From the NCBI GenBank assembly GCA_964354405.1, contig CAYGZP010000002.1, forward strand, positions 71,671 to 135,670: 64,000 bases of DNA, written 5' to 3'. The notes beneath the pieces are model-generated. The model did no database searches. It was not told the origin of the DNA and was given only the letters and a program-made list of their open reading frames with translations. Positions 39,114 to 48,972 of this stretch are shown here, piece by piece (positions within the stretch are counted from its first letter, which is position 1; each line of letters begins with the position of its first letter). This DNA comes from Candidatus Woesearchaeota archaeon. GTDB taxonomy: Archaea > Nanobdellota > Nanobdellia > Pacearchaeales > UBA284. The position numbers and the translations under genes are program-made.

Positions 39114-39290
39114 ATGATAACACAGCAAAAGATAACTTTTATTCTGCAGCTCGTGAATTCAACACAAGAAGTTCTAGCAGCTTTGGAAAAAGCCGCAAGA
39201 CAGGGCTTCAAGCCCGAGTTCGAGTCAGTAAAGCAAGAGTTGTTGAATATGCTTAATGAAGTAAAAGGAGAAATCAAGAATTTGAGATAA
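39114..39290 (+). CDS. 58-aa helical protein within the pilus operon, not in ORF track
   Basis: MITQQKITFILQLVNSTQEVLAALEKAARQGFKPEFESVKQELLNMLNEVKGEIKNLR*; co-oriented, fills the gap between ATPase and platform genes. Confidence 0.7.
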   Translation: MITQQKITFILQLVNSTQEVLAALEKAARQGFKPEFESVKQELLNMLNEVKGEIKNLR

Positions 39291-39324
39291 GATAAAAAAT
39301 AAAGCAAAGTAAAATGATAAAAAA

Positions 39325-40623
39325 ATGCAAGAGATAGTTAAGATAAAAGCAAATTTGGAACAGGCAAAGAAAATATTGCAGGAGTTGAACTCTGTTGCTC
39401 TAGCTAACACAAGAGCAAAGATAGATGAGCGAACACTTTTAGAAAAAACTTCCAAATCTCTTGTAGACCAATTATCCATGCTCTATGAACCTCTGCCAAG
39501 TCTCGCACAAAATATAATTTATGAAGGCAAGCGAGCTCCTGAGAAGCCCACAGCAAAAAAAGAAACAACAATTGTTGAAGTCGAGAGAATTCCAACAGCA
39601 GGCGGCTCAGTATATGTCACAACAGAAGGAAAAGAAAAGTTTCTTGAAGAATTAAATCTAAGCTCAAAGCAACTTAAAGAGGCGAAAGCAAAAATATTCA
39701 AGAAAAAAGGGAAAGAGAAAGAGCAAGAAGATATAACATTTGGTATAAAACCCTCGAGTCTTGGAGCATTTTCAAGCAAGCTTTTCGGCGAGTTTTCATC
39801 AGGCCTGACTAAAGCCTCGTTATTCAAAAGCGTCGAGAGAGACTTGAGAAAAGCGAACATGCCATTCATGCTCTCTACTTATATCTCCATAATATTTTTC
39901 TGGACTTTCCTCGCATTCTTTGTTTCATTGATTGTCGCGCTGGCAGTAAGCTTTGCGATGAACGAAGCCATTCTTGGAATAGTGAGAAATATTGGTTTAG
40001 GGGTGCTCGCCACTGTTGTTGTGTTTCTTGTAGCGCTGACATATCCTGCTAACATCGCAGGGGGCAACAGAAGAAAGATTAACTCTGAGCTTCCTTTCGC
40101 AGCAGCGCACATGGCAGCGATAGCCTCAAGTAAAGTTGAGCCTTCAAAAATTTTCGCGATAATGGCTCTGACAAAAGAATATAAAGCATTTGGCGCCGAG
40201 ATTCGCAAAATTGTGAATCAGATAAATGTCTATGGCTATGATTTAACAACAGCTTTGAGAAACGCAGCTAAAACCAGCCCAAGCAAAAGACTCGCGGACT
40301 TGTTCGGCGGCATGGTCACAACAATCACAACCGGAGGCAACTTGACAACATATCTCCAGGAAAAATCCAAATCTCTTTTAATTGATTACAGGCTCAGCCA
40401 CGAGCGTTACACAAATGTTATAGGGATGTATTCTGACATCTACACCGCGCTGCTTATTGCCGCTCCTCTAATCTTCATGCTTCTCTTGGCAATAATCTCA
40501 ATCATGGGCTCGACTTTCTTGGCAATGGATATCACAACTCTCGCTAATCTTGGGATAATTATCATTGCCGCACTCAACATATTATTTCTGGTATTCCTTA
40601 AATTCACCCAACCCGAAGTTTAA
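39325..40623 (+). CDS. type II secretion F-domain pilus platform protein (TadC/FlaJ-like)
   Basis: L.KAN, ELPFA..HM, G.DL..AL...A...PS, GGNL..YL; multiple TM helices. Confidence 0.88.
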   Translation: MQEIVKIKANLEQAKKILQELNSVALANTRAKIDERTLLEKTSKSLVDQLSMLYEPLPSLAQNIIYEGKRAPEKPTAKKETTIVEVERIPTAGGSVYVTTEGKEKFLEELNLSSKQLKEAKAKIFKKKGKEKEQEDITFGIKPSSLGAFSSKLFGEFSSGLTKASLFKSVERDLRKANMPFMLSTYISIIFFWTFLAFFVSLIVALAVSFAMNEAILGIVRNIGLGVLATVVVFLVALTYPANIAGGNRRKINSELPFAAAHMAAIASSKVEPSKIFAIMALTKEYKAFGAEIRKIVNQINVYGYDLTTALRNAAKTSPSKRLADLFGGMVTTITTGGNLTTYLQEKSKSLLIDYRLSHERYTNVIGMYSDIYTALLIAAPLIFMLLLAIISIMGSTFLAMDITTLANLGIIIIAALNILFLVFLKFTQPEV

Positions 40624-40655
40624 AAAATTTCAAAAAAAAGAAAATAAAAAATAAA

Positions 40656-41510
40656 ATGATAAGCAAACCACAAATCACAGGCATTATAATAGGATTAGTC
40701 ATGGCTATCCTTAGCTATATTATTTTTCCCCAGTCAAAAATATTCTGGTTTTTGCTAGGCATTTCAATACTTGTCGCCGGCATCCCATTCCTCGCATCAA
40801 TGATAGTTGAGAGGGGCAGAGAGAAAGAAAAAGAAGAATTGTTCCTTGCTTTTGCTCTTGATTTAGTAGAAAGTGTCAAGGCTGGCGCCCCAATTTCAAA
40901 GAGCATTGTTCAAATAGCTCAGAAAGATTATGGCTCGCTAACCCCGCATGTAAAGAAACTCGCGAATCAGGTTGCTCTTGCCATTCCAGTAAGACAAGCT
41001 CTAAGAACTTTTGCTTCTGACATAAACAATAAAGTCATCTCGCGCAGTATCGAGCTCATAATTGAAGCCGAGGCTTCTGGAGGAGAGATAGGCAAGATAA
41101 TTGATGCAGTTGTCAAGAGCGTTACAGAAATAGAGGATTTGAAAAAAGAACGAGCCTCAAGAATCTTTGGCATGGTTGTCCAAGGATATATCATCTTTTT
41201 CATATTCGTTGCTATAATGTTGTTTGTTGAAATCAAGTTCATGCCTTTAATCACTGGCGCGCTATCAGGAACACAGATGCCTACAGGCACAGTCGGAGTA
41301 GGAAGCACAAGTTTCACTTTAGGAGGAAGCGTTTCACAAGCCATAATCGAACGTTCATTTTTCATCCTATTGCTCATGCAAGCATTGTTCGCAGGCTTAG
41401 TTATAGGAAAGTTAAGCGAGGGCTCAATCAAGTATGGAATCAAACACAGCGCCATTCTCTTGGCAGTCGCTTATCTTACTGTGACAGCTGCTCGAGCGCT
41501 CGTGGCATAA
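40656..41510 (+). CDS. second T2SSF-domain pilus platform protein (TadB/C-like)
   Basis: F..DL.ESV.AG, YG.L, EA..SGG, Q..FAGLVIGK.SEG. Confidence 0.88.
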   Translation: MISKPQITGIIIGLVMAILSYIIFPQSKIFWFLLGISILVAGIPFLASMIVERGREKEKEELFLAFALDLVESVKAGAPISKSIVQIAQKDYGSLTPHVKKLANQVALAIPVRQALRTFASDINNKVISRSIELIIEAEASGGEIGKIIDAVVKSVTEIEDLKKERASRIFGMVVQGYIIFFIFVAIMLFVEIKFMPLITGALSGTQMPTGTVGVGSTSFTLGGSVSQAIIERSFFILLLMQALFAGLVIGKLSEGSIKYGIKHSAILLAVAYLTVTAARALVA

Positions 41511-41541
41511 AGTGCATAATTCTTTTACTTTTCAATAAATT

Positions 41542-42816
41542 TCAATACACTTGTTTTCCCCATCTGACTTTTTTTCTTAGAATCCATTTGTATGCGATTG
41601 TGTAAAGCCACCAACCAGGGAATATCAGCCAGTAAGTCAGGAAGAAATACAAATAAGCCAAGCCCAAGTTTCCTTTATCTTTTGATTGGCTCTTCCCTAT
41701 ATACAAAACAATCATCGACAAGACAATACCAACAAGCATAAACACAATAAAAGGATTGGTAATATAGCTATACAAGAACTCCATAACATCGCGCCATTTA
41801 AAATTGTATAAAAATGGGCTTATATCAAAATTCGTGACAAAAAATCTTACAACCATGTCTTTCGCACTGATGAAAGCCTGATAAAACAGGACAAAAAGCA
41901 TTGCAAATGCTATGAGCACAGCCGCGAATGCAGAAGGCAATATCAATACAGCAAGATTATCCCATCTCTTTGGAGGAAATAATTCTGGATAATTAAAAGC
42001 GTTCTTAGTAAATCCATAATACCATCTCAATCTCTGTTTGAAAACACTCGCAAAACTGTGCGGCTGCTTTACATACACGCATGCACTCATGCTGTTCTTG
42101 ATTTTGTAGCCTTTGGCCTGGATTCTCAATGCAATTTCAGTGTCTTCAGTTGGATTATGCTCGTCAAAATATCCATGTTTCTCGAAAAAGCTTCTCCTAT
42201 ATACAGAGAATGGCCCTGGGATAATATGGATTGCCTCATTCAAGTCAAAGACTTTTCTCAAATAAATCCCCAGCATAAATTCCGCGAGCTGCAGATGAAG
42301 CCAGAAACCTTTTGGCTTGTGAAGGCTCATTGCCGGGGTGACTGAAGCAACTTTCTTGTCTTCATCAAAATATCCAAGCATTTTTTTCAACGAGTCTGGA
42401 GCGACAAAAGAATCAGCATCCATGCTAACGACAAATTCTCCATGAGCTCTTTTCAGTCCATGATTCATTGCGCTGCCCTTGCCCCCGTTCTCCTTGCTAT
42501 AAAGTTTGATGTCTCGATTTCTATACTTTACAATAATCTGTTTCACAATAGAAGCTGTGCGGTCAGTGCTGCCGTCATTCACAACAATTATCTCTATTTT
42601 TTCTTTGGGATAATCCAAGTCAAGCAAAGTTTGAATTGTTCTCGCGATTGTCTTCTCCTCATTCCAAACCGGAACTACAACAGAGACTTTAGGAAATCGC
42701 TTTAATGGAGGATCTTCCAATTTTGATAAATTCTCCAGATAACTCAGTAAAAAGAATACAGAAGTAAACAGTCCAACATAAACTCCTATGTACAAGATGA
42801 TATGTGTCCACAACAT
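41542..42816 (-). CDS. processive-type GT2 glycosyltransferase
   Basis: VNDGS.D, GKG.A.N, DAD, TED and QRLRW motifs; flanking TM helices. Confidence 0.9.
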   Translation of the reverse strand: MLWTHIILYIGVYVGLFTSVFFLLSYLENLSKLEDPPLKRFPKVSVVVPVWNEEKTIARTIQTLLDLDYPKEKIEIIVVNDGSTDRTASIVKQIIVKYRNRDIKLYSKENGGKGSAMNHGLKRAHGEFVVSMDADSFVAPDSLKKMLGYFDEDKKVASVTPAMSLHKPKGFWLHLQLAEFMLGIYLRKVFDLNEAIHIIPGPFSVYRRSFFEKHGYFDEHNPTEDTEIALRIQAKGYKIKNSMSACVYVKQPHSFASVFKQRLRWYYGFTKNAFNYPELFPPKRWDNLAVLILPSAFAAVLIAFAMLFVLFYQAFISAKDMVVRFFVTNFDISPFLYNFKWRDVMEFLYSYITNPFIVFMLVGIVLSMIVLYIGKSQSKDKGNLGLAYLYFFLTYWLIFPGWWLYTIAYKWILRKKVRWGKQVY

Positions 42817-42964
42817 TTTTGATAAACCACAGATATAAGTCCAACTTTTATTTTTATAGATTTATGTACAATAATATATAACATTAATAATAACAAAAAT
42901 ATATAATTTAATTCTTATATCGCAGTTTAATTATATTTAAATACAATCCAGCACATTAATAAAC

Positions 42965-43639
42965 ATGGCTAAGGAAAAGGGTAAGAAAAGCAAGGGAGAC
43001 AGAAAAGGCACTACAAGCAGATATATAGTTACATTTTCTTTCGCAACTTTACTTTTCATAATAGGAATTCTCATAGGCTCGGCAATAACAGCCACTAAAG
43101 TAGAAAATATGATAAACACCCGCGAGGAATTAAGATTGGAGATGCTTGATTTAGAGCTCCAAGGTGCATTAGCAGAACAAAATCCTTGCGGCAATTATGT
43201 TGTATATGGCTTGGGCGAGAAACTTGATGATTTGGGCACAAGATTAACAATGTTGGAAGATCAATTGGGCAAGAGCGATTCAAGAGTCATTGAACTGAAA
43301 CAGCCCTACACTTTATTGATGATACAGCACTATATCTTAATAAAGAAGCGAGTTGAGAAATGCAATGAAAACTATCATATAGCTTTATTTTTCTATTCAA
43401 ACAAGCCCGAGTTTGTTGAAGACAGCAAGAAACAGGGTTTTGTTCTCAGCTATTTGGCCAAAAAATATGGTTATGAGCAAGTGAAGGTTTATTCATTAGA
43501 TGTTGATTTGAACATGGGAGTTGTCAATACATTAAAGGAGATGTATAATGTCTCAACAGTGCCAACAACAGTGTTCAATGACAAAGTTTATTCGGGTTAT
43601 CATGAGTCAGAAGAATTCGAAAAAGAATTCATTGCGTAG
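42965..43639 (+). CDS. membrane-anchored protein with thioredoxin-like C-terminal fold
   Basis: N-terminal TM, coiled coil, FFYS, YNVSTVPT.V motif. Confidence 0.6.
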   Translation: MAKEKGKKSKGDRKGTTSRYIVTFSFATLLFIIGILIGSAITATKVENMINTREELRLEMLDLELQGALAEQNPCGNYVVYGLGEKLDDLGTRLTMLEDQLGKSDSRVIELKQPYTLLMIQHYILIKKRVEKCNENYHIALFFYSNKPEFVEDSKKQGFVLSYLAKKYGYEQVKVYSLDVDLNMGVVNTLKEMYNVSTVPTTVFNDKVYSGYHESEEFEKEFIA

Positions 43640-45119
43640 ATGGCATAAGATAATTTGTAGAATAAAGATATATTCTTCTACCGCACTTGTCAAAAAATTC
43701 TTTTTCTAATTTTAAGATATTACTCTTGTCTAATATTTCTTTATCAAATTTAGTTCCTATACTGTCGCTATAGATAACATATGGCGCTTTATATTGGTCT
43801 ACCAGCGCAATTATATTATCACTCCAAAAAGTAAACGCTTTGACATTTAAAGAATAACCGAACCATGGCCAAGCATTGCTTAGGATAGTATCATTCTCAT
43901 TTAACCTGTAATCTGCATCGTTTTTCAAATAGTCTATTGCTTGAGAAATTGAACTATTCTTCCCGCAAACATATTTTTCTTTAAGTAAAGCATAGGCGAT
44001 TAAAAGATTGAAAAATAAAGATAAAACAATTAATCCTATCACAATCATAAAAATTATTTTTCTGAAATTTATTTTTTTCTTGTTAAACCACCCAAACAGG
44101 GAAGTAAAACCCCTGAACGCAATCAAGTAGACGAAAGGCAAGAATGCAAAATAATAGCGCTCGTCCTTGAGCTTTACAAAAAACAGATAGTAAACTAAGG
44201 ACAACAAAACATAAATTAAAATCAGAAGGTTTAATCTTTCATCTTTTCTGTTTTTCCTTGCAAGAGAATATAGACTCGCGTATAACCCTATAATCAAGAA
44301 GACAGGCACTAAAAAATTAGTAAAAAAGAAAAGATTCCAGACTTGTTTCATAATTGGCTCAGGAGAGGTGTAAGTCTGTACAACTGAGTACAATGCTCTT
44401 AAATCCCAAATAGGATTATTATAATTAACCTGATTGTAGATGAGCCAGGGCGATAGTGCTATTAAAAAAGCGAGAGCAAAAATCAAAAGATGCTTGATTC
44501 TTTTTTTGATTATAAGATAGATTGAAAGAGAAATCGCAAAAAGAAAAAGAGGGAATCTTGTTAAGAAGGCTAATGCCGAGAAAACCCCGGCTAAAGCAAC
44601 AAATACCAAGCAGCTTTTTTTGTTCTGTTTTTCCTCACTCTTCATGATAAAATAAAAAGCGAGAGTAACAAAAAACATCGCAGGGATGTCTGCATAGACA
44701 TGCAGGCCCCAGACCAAGAGCAACGGTGACAGAGCAAAAAGACTGCAAAGCAGAAGCGAAAGTTGCCACGAGAAATATTTTTTTCCTATCACATAAACCA
44801 AAAAAACTGTTGCGAGGGTCATTAAGATAATAACCATTCTTGCAATGAACACGTTTTCGCCAGTAAAAACCCATGCCAGAGCTATAATCCATTCAAGAAG
44901 GGGGAATCTAAAATCTTCAGTGAAGTTGCTCTGGGTAATATGGCTTCTCGCATTTCCCAAATAAACATTTTCATCCCATAAAAGTCCCAAGTTGCTTAAA
45001 TTTAAAAACAGAAAAAAAGCAAAAAAAATCAAAAGAACAATCCAGATAATCCATTTCTTTTCTTTATTTGTTTTTTCCCTGAATTTTTTGATATTTCTTT
45101 TCATTTCCATACCCACCAT
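43629..45119 (-). CDS. GT-C (PMT/ArnT-like) membrane glycosyltransferase
   Basis: WDE..Y, RFPL, D.P, LTRF, ERY..P; many TM helices. Confidence 0.85.
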   Translation of the reverse strand: MVGMEMKRNIKKFREKTNKEKKWIIWIVLLIFFAFFLFLNLSNLGLLWDENVYLGNARSHITQSNFTEDFRFPLLEWIIALAWVFTGENVFIARMVIILMTLATVFLVYVIGKKYFSWQLSLLLCSLFALSPLLLVWGLHVYADIPAMFFVTLAFYFIMKSEEKQNKKSCLVFVALAGVFSALAFLTRFPLFLFAISLSIYLIIKKRIKHLLIFALAFLIALSPWLIYNQVNYNNPIWDLRALYSVVQTYTSPEPIMKQVWNLFFFTNFLVPVFLIIGLYASLYSLARKNRKDERLNLLILIYVLLSLVYYLFFVKLKDERYYFAFLPFVYLIAFRGFTSLFGWFNKKKINFRKIIFMIVIGLIVLSLFFNLLIAYALLKEKYVCGKNSSISQAIDYLKNDADYRLNENDTILSNAWPWFGYSLNVKAFTFWSDNIIALVDQYKAPYVIYSDSIGTKFDKEILDKSNILKLEKEFFDKCGRRIYLYSTNYLMPSTQ

Positions 45120-46153
45120 AAACTTATAAGATATGCAAAAATTGTTGCTAAAGCTATCCCTATAAGATTAGAAACAAGATAATGCAAACCAAGTGAAGTT
45201 AATATCCATAAAGCTCCAAAATTAATTATTAATGTAAATATCCTAGCTAAATTGAACTTCCCAAGTCTCATAAGAAATTTTCCTTTTCTTTCTCTCTTAA
45301 AAGTCCATATATCATTTAAAATAAAATTGGATAATATAGAAATTTCTATAGCAATAATGCTCGAGAACAAATAAAATAATCCTGCAAACTCTGTCAGGAG
45401 CCAAAGCAACCCTTCGTTCACAAAAATGCCACTTAATCCTACAGCACCAAACTTTAGAAAACGCTTATGTTCCTTAGAATATATAGCAAGTTTCAATAAA
45501 TGTCTTACTGCCAAGATAGTCTGCTTCAAGCTAAACTTACTTTTACCCCTTTCTCTATTTTTAAAATTAAAGGGGATTTCTACTACCTTATTGTAATCTC
45601 CTTTTGCTAATATCTCTAATAATATTTTAAAACCTTGGGGTTTAAGTTTAGTTTTTTTGATTACACTTCTCCTGAAAGCAAAAAATCCGGTTGAAGGATC
45701 TTTGATATGGCTTGTTTTAGGTACTGCAATATGTGCAAGAAAACAAAAAACCCTGGATACAAAAGTTCTCCAAAGGCCAAAATTAACTTTTGAGCCCTTC
45801 ATTAATCTCGACGCTATAACAATGTCATTTCCTTTTTCCAAATTTTTGATTAATTTTGGAATCAACTCAGGGAGATGCTGCAAATCCGCATCCATCACTA
45901 CAACAATCTCGCCTTTTGTTTTAGGTAAAACATTAACTATAGCATTGCTCAAGTCAGTATTGCCGGTTTGTATCGCTCTAATGGGCCACCCATATCTTGA
46001 AGCCAAACGTTTAGCCATGTTTACTGTGTCATCTTTGCTATTGCTATCTGCTACAATAATTTCATAATTTTTTAAGTGCAATTTTGCGATTCTTTTAAAT
46101 AGAATTTCGAGATTTTGGGATTCGTTCAATGTAGGCACTATAATAGATATCAT
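45101..46153 (-). CDS. polyprenol-phosphate glycosyltransferase (DPM1-like GT2) fused to GtrA domain
   Basis: SIIVPTLNE, MDADLQH, ASR, D..TGFF, R..G.SK; C-terminal KFG.VG..G..VN GtrA helices. Confidence 0.9.
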   Translation of the reverse strand: MISIIVPTLNESQNLEILFKRIAKLHLKNYEIIVADSNSKDDTVNMAKRLASRYGWPIRAIQTGNTDLSNAIVNVLPKTKGEIVVVMDADLQHLPELIPKLIKNLEKGNDIVIASRLMKGSKVNFGLWRTFVSRVFCFLAHIAVPKTSHIKDPSTGFFAFRRSVIKKTKLKPQGFKILLEILAKGDYNKVVEIPFNFKNRERGKSKFSLKQTILAVRHLLKLAIYSKEHKRFLKFGAVGLSGIFVNEGLLWLLTEFAGLFYLFSSIIAIEISILSNFILNDIWTFKRERKGKFLMRLGKFNLARIFTLIINFGALWILTSLGLHYLVSNLIGIALATIFAYLISLWWVWK

Positions 46154-46208
46154 AAAACATCGAAAAATATTAAAAGTTATAAATCTTGCCATCTCTTGCT
46201 TTTAAAAA

Positions 46209-46949
46209 ATGTTCGAATCAATAAAACTGTCTAATGAAAAAGAAGAAGGGTGCGAAGAGTGCTTGGCAAGGGCTTACTTGATTGAGGCGATAATTGACGG
46301 CCAGCAAAAGCGGCTTTGCAATAAATGTATTGTGGCTAATAATGCGATTGTTCTGAAAGGGCCGAAGCATATAGAGATGGACATAATCAACAGACCATCT
46401 GTCCGCGATGCAATCTTCAGAGCATCAGGGATGCATCCCCATCCTATTCAACCAACATATCGCGAAGCCAAGCTCGAGGACTTGCGCGAGCGTTATGAGG
46501 AAGTGAAGAAAAAGAAAGCAGAGGAGCAGGCAAAGCTAATGAGTATAGTGCTCCCAAAAAGAGAGAACCCCAAAGTCTTGGATGAAAAAGATTTCATTAA
46601 CTATATGAAATCTCTGCCTCCAGAGCAAACTAAATCTCAAACAACTTCACAAACTTCTCAAACCCCTTCTTCACAAATATCTCCCTCAATCCAACCTCCA
46701 CAGCCAATTCAACCAACCCCTCCCATTCAGCCCATTCAACCTTTATCTCCTTCCTCTCCTTCTCCTCAGCCAATTTCCCCTAAGCCAGTTCAACCAGAAA
46801 AAGGCGGCGGGAAAAAAATTCTTGATTTTAGCATAGAGGGCGCGAGAAGAACAAGAATCCGCGATCTTTTGGAAAGCATGCAGAAAAAAGACGATGATGC
46901 AGATGCCCAAAATTTAGAGAAAGAGAAAAAGCGAGAGGAAAAAGTTTAA
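46209..46949 (+). CDS. Zn-finger protein with Pro/Gln-rich low-complexity region
   Basis: CEEC-x18-CNKC; QPxxP repeats. Confidence 0.65.
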   Translation: MFESIKLSNEKEEGCEECLARAYLIEAIIDGQQKRLCNKCIVANNAIVLKGPKHIEMDIINRPSVRDAIFRASGMHPHPIQPTYREAKLEDLRERYEEVKKKKAEEQAKLMSIVLPKRENPKVLDEKDFINYMKSLPPEQTKSQTTSQTSQTPSSQISPSIQPPQPIQPTPPIQPIQPLSPSSPSPQPISPKPVQPEKGGGKKILDFSIEGARRTRIRDLLESMQKKDDDADAQNLEKEKKREEKV

Positions 46950-46985
46950 ATATCAAGTTTAAGACATTCTATTGTAACCATTAAG

Positions 46986-47258
46986 ATGGACATTAAAATA
47001 ATCAAAAAGGAAAAGAATTATATTGAAATCGAGTTGAATGATTTGACAGTTGCCGAGTTGCTCAGAGATACTTTATGGCAGGACAAAGCCACTGAACTTG
47101 CGGCATGGAAGCGCGAGCATCCAAGTAAAAACCCGCATCTAATTCTTAGAACCCAAGGCAAAGAAGCCAAGAAAGTTCTTTTAGACACAATAGAACGAGT
47201 TCAAAAATTGAACACTGAGATGCTCTCAGAATTCAAAAAAGCCATGAAAGGCAAATAA
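46986..47258 (+). CDS. rpoL: RNA polymerase subunit L (Rpo11)
   Basis: IEIEL..TVAELLR..L, A.WKREHP, P.L..RT. Confidence 0.8.
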   Translation: MDIKIIKKEKNYIEIELNDLTVAELLRDTLWQDKATELAAWKREHPSKNPHLILRTQGKEAKKVLLDTIERVQKLNTEMLSEFKKAMKGK

Positions 47259-47273
47259 AGAAAGAGGAAAAAA

Positions 47274-47390
47274 ATGAAGCGCTCATCCCGAAGATGGAAA
47301 AAGAAAGGACAGATGAGATGGAAATGGCAGCGCAAGCGCATGAATCGCGAAAAGCGCAAGAGAAAACAGCGCCGAATGGCTGCTGTTTAA
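47274..47390 (+). CDS. rpl41e: ribosomal protein L41e (eL41), not in ORF track
   Basis: MKRSSRRWKKKGQMRWKWQRKRMNREKRKRKQRRMAAV*; contains the MR.KW.KKR.RR.KR.R-type core. Confidence 0.85.
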   Translation: MKRSSRRWKKKGQMRWKWQRKRMNREKRKRKQRRMAAV

Positions 47391-47439
47391 AGATAATTAA
47401 TTTCAGATAATTTTAATTCTTAGAAATAAGAAATAAACT

Positions 47440-48840
47440 TTAATCAAAGGCTAATCTTGCTCCGGCTTCCAATCCGCCTTGTGTGGTGCTATACTTATTA
47501 TCACTATCCCATTTGCCTTTTGAAGTTCCTTTCAAGTATAATTTAGTAGATGGGTTTAATTCCCATTCCCCGCCGATATTATACTTTAACTCAGTTCCTT
47601 GCAAGAAACTCTTGAAAGTTTGATCGCCAATATCCTTGGCGCCGACACCATTTGCCCCGCCAAAGCCAAGCAATAATCTTGCTTTGTTTCCGAATCCAAG
47701 ATTCATTTCAGCTGAATTTGTATGAGCCATTCTTAAAATATCATTGCCGCTTCTTCCCTTGAGTTCCAAAGCAAAATTCTTTGAGCGAGTTTGATAATTC
47801 AAGGCAGCTTCGACATAATGTCTAAAAGTCTCATCATTAGTATTGAAATCCACCCCTAGTTTGCCACTTATGACAGGGCCATAATTTCCTAAACTCATCG
47901 CGCCATTTACATAAGGCCCGACCTGCCCAACACCACTTGAATCAATCAAAGCATGCAAACCTCCGCCAATGTTTCTGTTGTAAACCCCAGCATTGCAATC
48001 AATTATTCCTCGGGCGCCATTATGTCCTCTATTTGGCAAAATAAGTCCATAAGCATCAACTGCAAAATTGCCTCTGACATTCTCGCCAATAGTTCTTAAA
48101 TCAAAACCAATATTTCCCGCAACCATGTTTTCATTCTCGTTTCTGTAGAATCCGCCGAAATGTATGTTATCTCCTTTAATATCATTCAACCTGAATAATC
48201 CTTCTTCGCTCGGAGGATATTGAATATGAATAGTGTCTTGGACAATTACAGGCACAGGCCATTTTATCTTCTGGCTGTCTGGCACTGGAACCGGCACTGG
48301 AATTGATACTGGCAACCAGGTTGTGTCTGGTTTGTCAACATAAACTGGCTTTTTGACATATTGAGTGTCCGGAACAACGACTACCGGTGGTTTTGGCCCA
48401 GGAATTGTTCCGCCATGTCCAGTTCTTTTTCCTCTTTTTGGAGGTGCAGGAGTCGCAACAGGAGTTTTGGGTTTTTTGCCGTTGCAGTAATTGAACCAGT
48501 AGCTTCCGTCGTTGCGTTTCATTATGTTTCCATTCGCGATGAAATTTGCAATGCTGTAGCTAGTGTCTATGCCTGTTTTGTTCATAGAATAAATATAATT
48601 GTAAAGATATCTCAAATCATTCTTGACAGATTCTGTATAATTAGCCTCGCCAGCATCGAGCTTTCCATGAATCTTAAGCTGATTTCCTTGAGCATCCACT
48701 TTCTCAACATAACAGGTGTTTTGTACTTGTGCAGGAACTTTTTCAGGAGTTTTAGCTGCTAGAACTGCTGGGAATAAAATTGACCCCACTACAAATGTGC
48801 CTACAGAAATTTTTTCTAAAAGTCCATTATCCTTAGCCAT
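47440..48840 (-). CDS. secreted protein: N-domain, Pro/Val-rich linker, C-terminal beta-barrel-like domain
   Basis: Signal peptide ending VLAA; about 14 or more amphipathic Gly/aromatic-rich strands; ends GLEAGARLAFD. Confidence 0.7.
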   Translation of the reverse strand: MAKDNGLLEKISVGTFVVGSILFPAVLAAKTPEKVPAQVQNTCYVEKVDAQGNQLKIHGKLDAGEANYTESVKNDLRYLYNYIYSMNKTGIDTSYSIANFIANGNIMKRNDGSYWFNYCNGKKPKTPVATPAPPKRGKRTGHGGTIPGPKPPVVVVPDTQYVKKPVYVDKPDTTWLPVSIPVPVPVPDSQKIKWPVPVIVQDTIHIQYPPSEEGLFRLNDIKGDNIHFGGFYRNENENMVAGNIGFDLRTIGENVRGNFAVDAYGLILPNRGHNGARGIIDCNAGVYNRNIGGGLHALIDSSGVGQVGPYVNGAMSLGNYGPVISGKLGVDFNTNDETFRHYVEAALNYQTRSKNFALELKGRSGNDILRMAHTNSAEMNLGFGNKARLLLGFGGANGVGAKDIGDQTFKSFLQGTELKYNIGGEWELNPSTKLYLKGTSKGKWDSDNKYSTTQGGLEAGARLAFD

Positions 48841-48972
48841 ATCGATTTCAAGAGGAGCGTATTTATAAATCTTTCGTTATTTATCTACTTAAAAATGACA
48901 AATAAACCCGAGAAACTTTAGAAAGTTATTTATACAGATTTCAATTTTTATTGATGGAGGTTAAGGTTTCAA

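Noticed and set aside
46620..46800. CCA/CAA-rich repeats
   Set aside because: Explained by the Pro/Gln-rich coding region.
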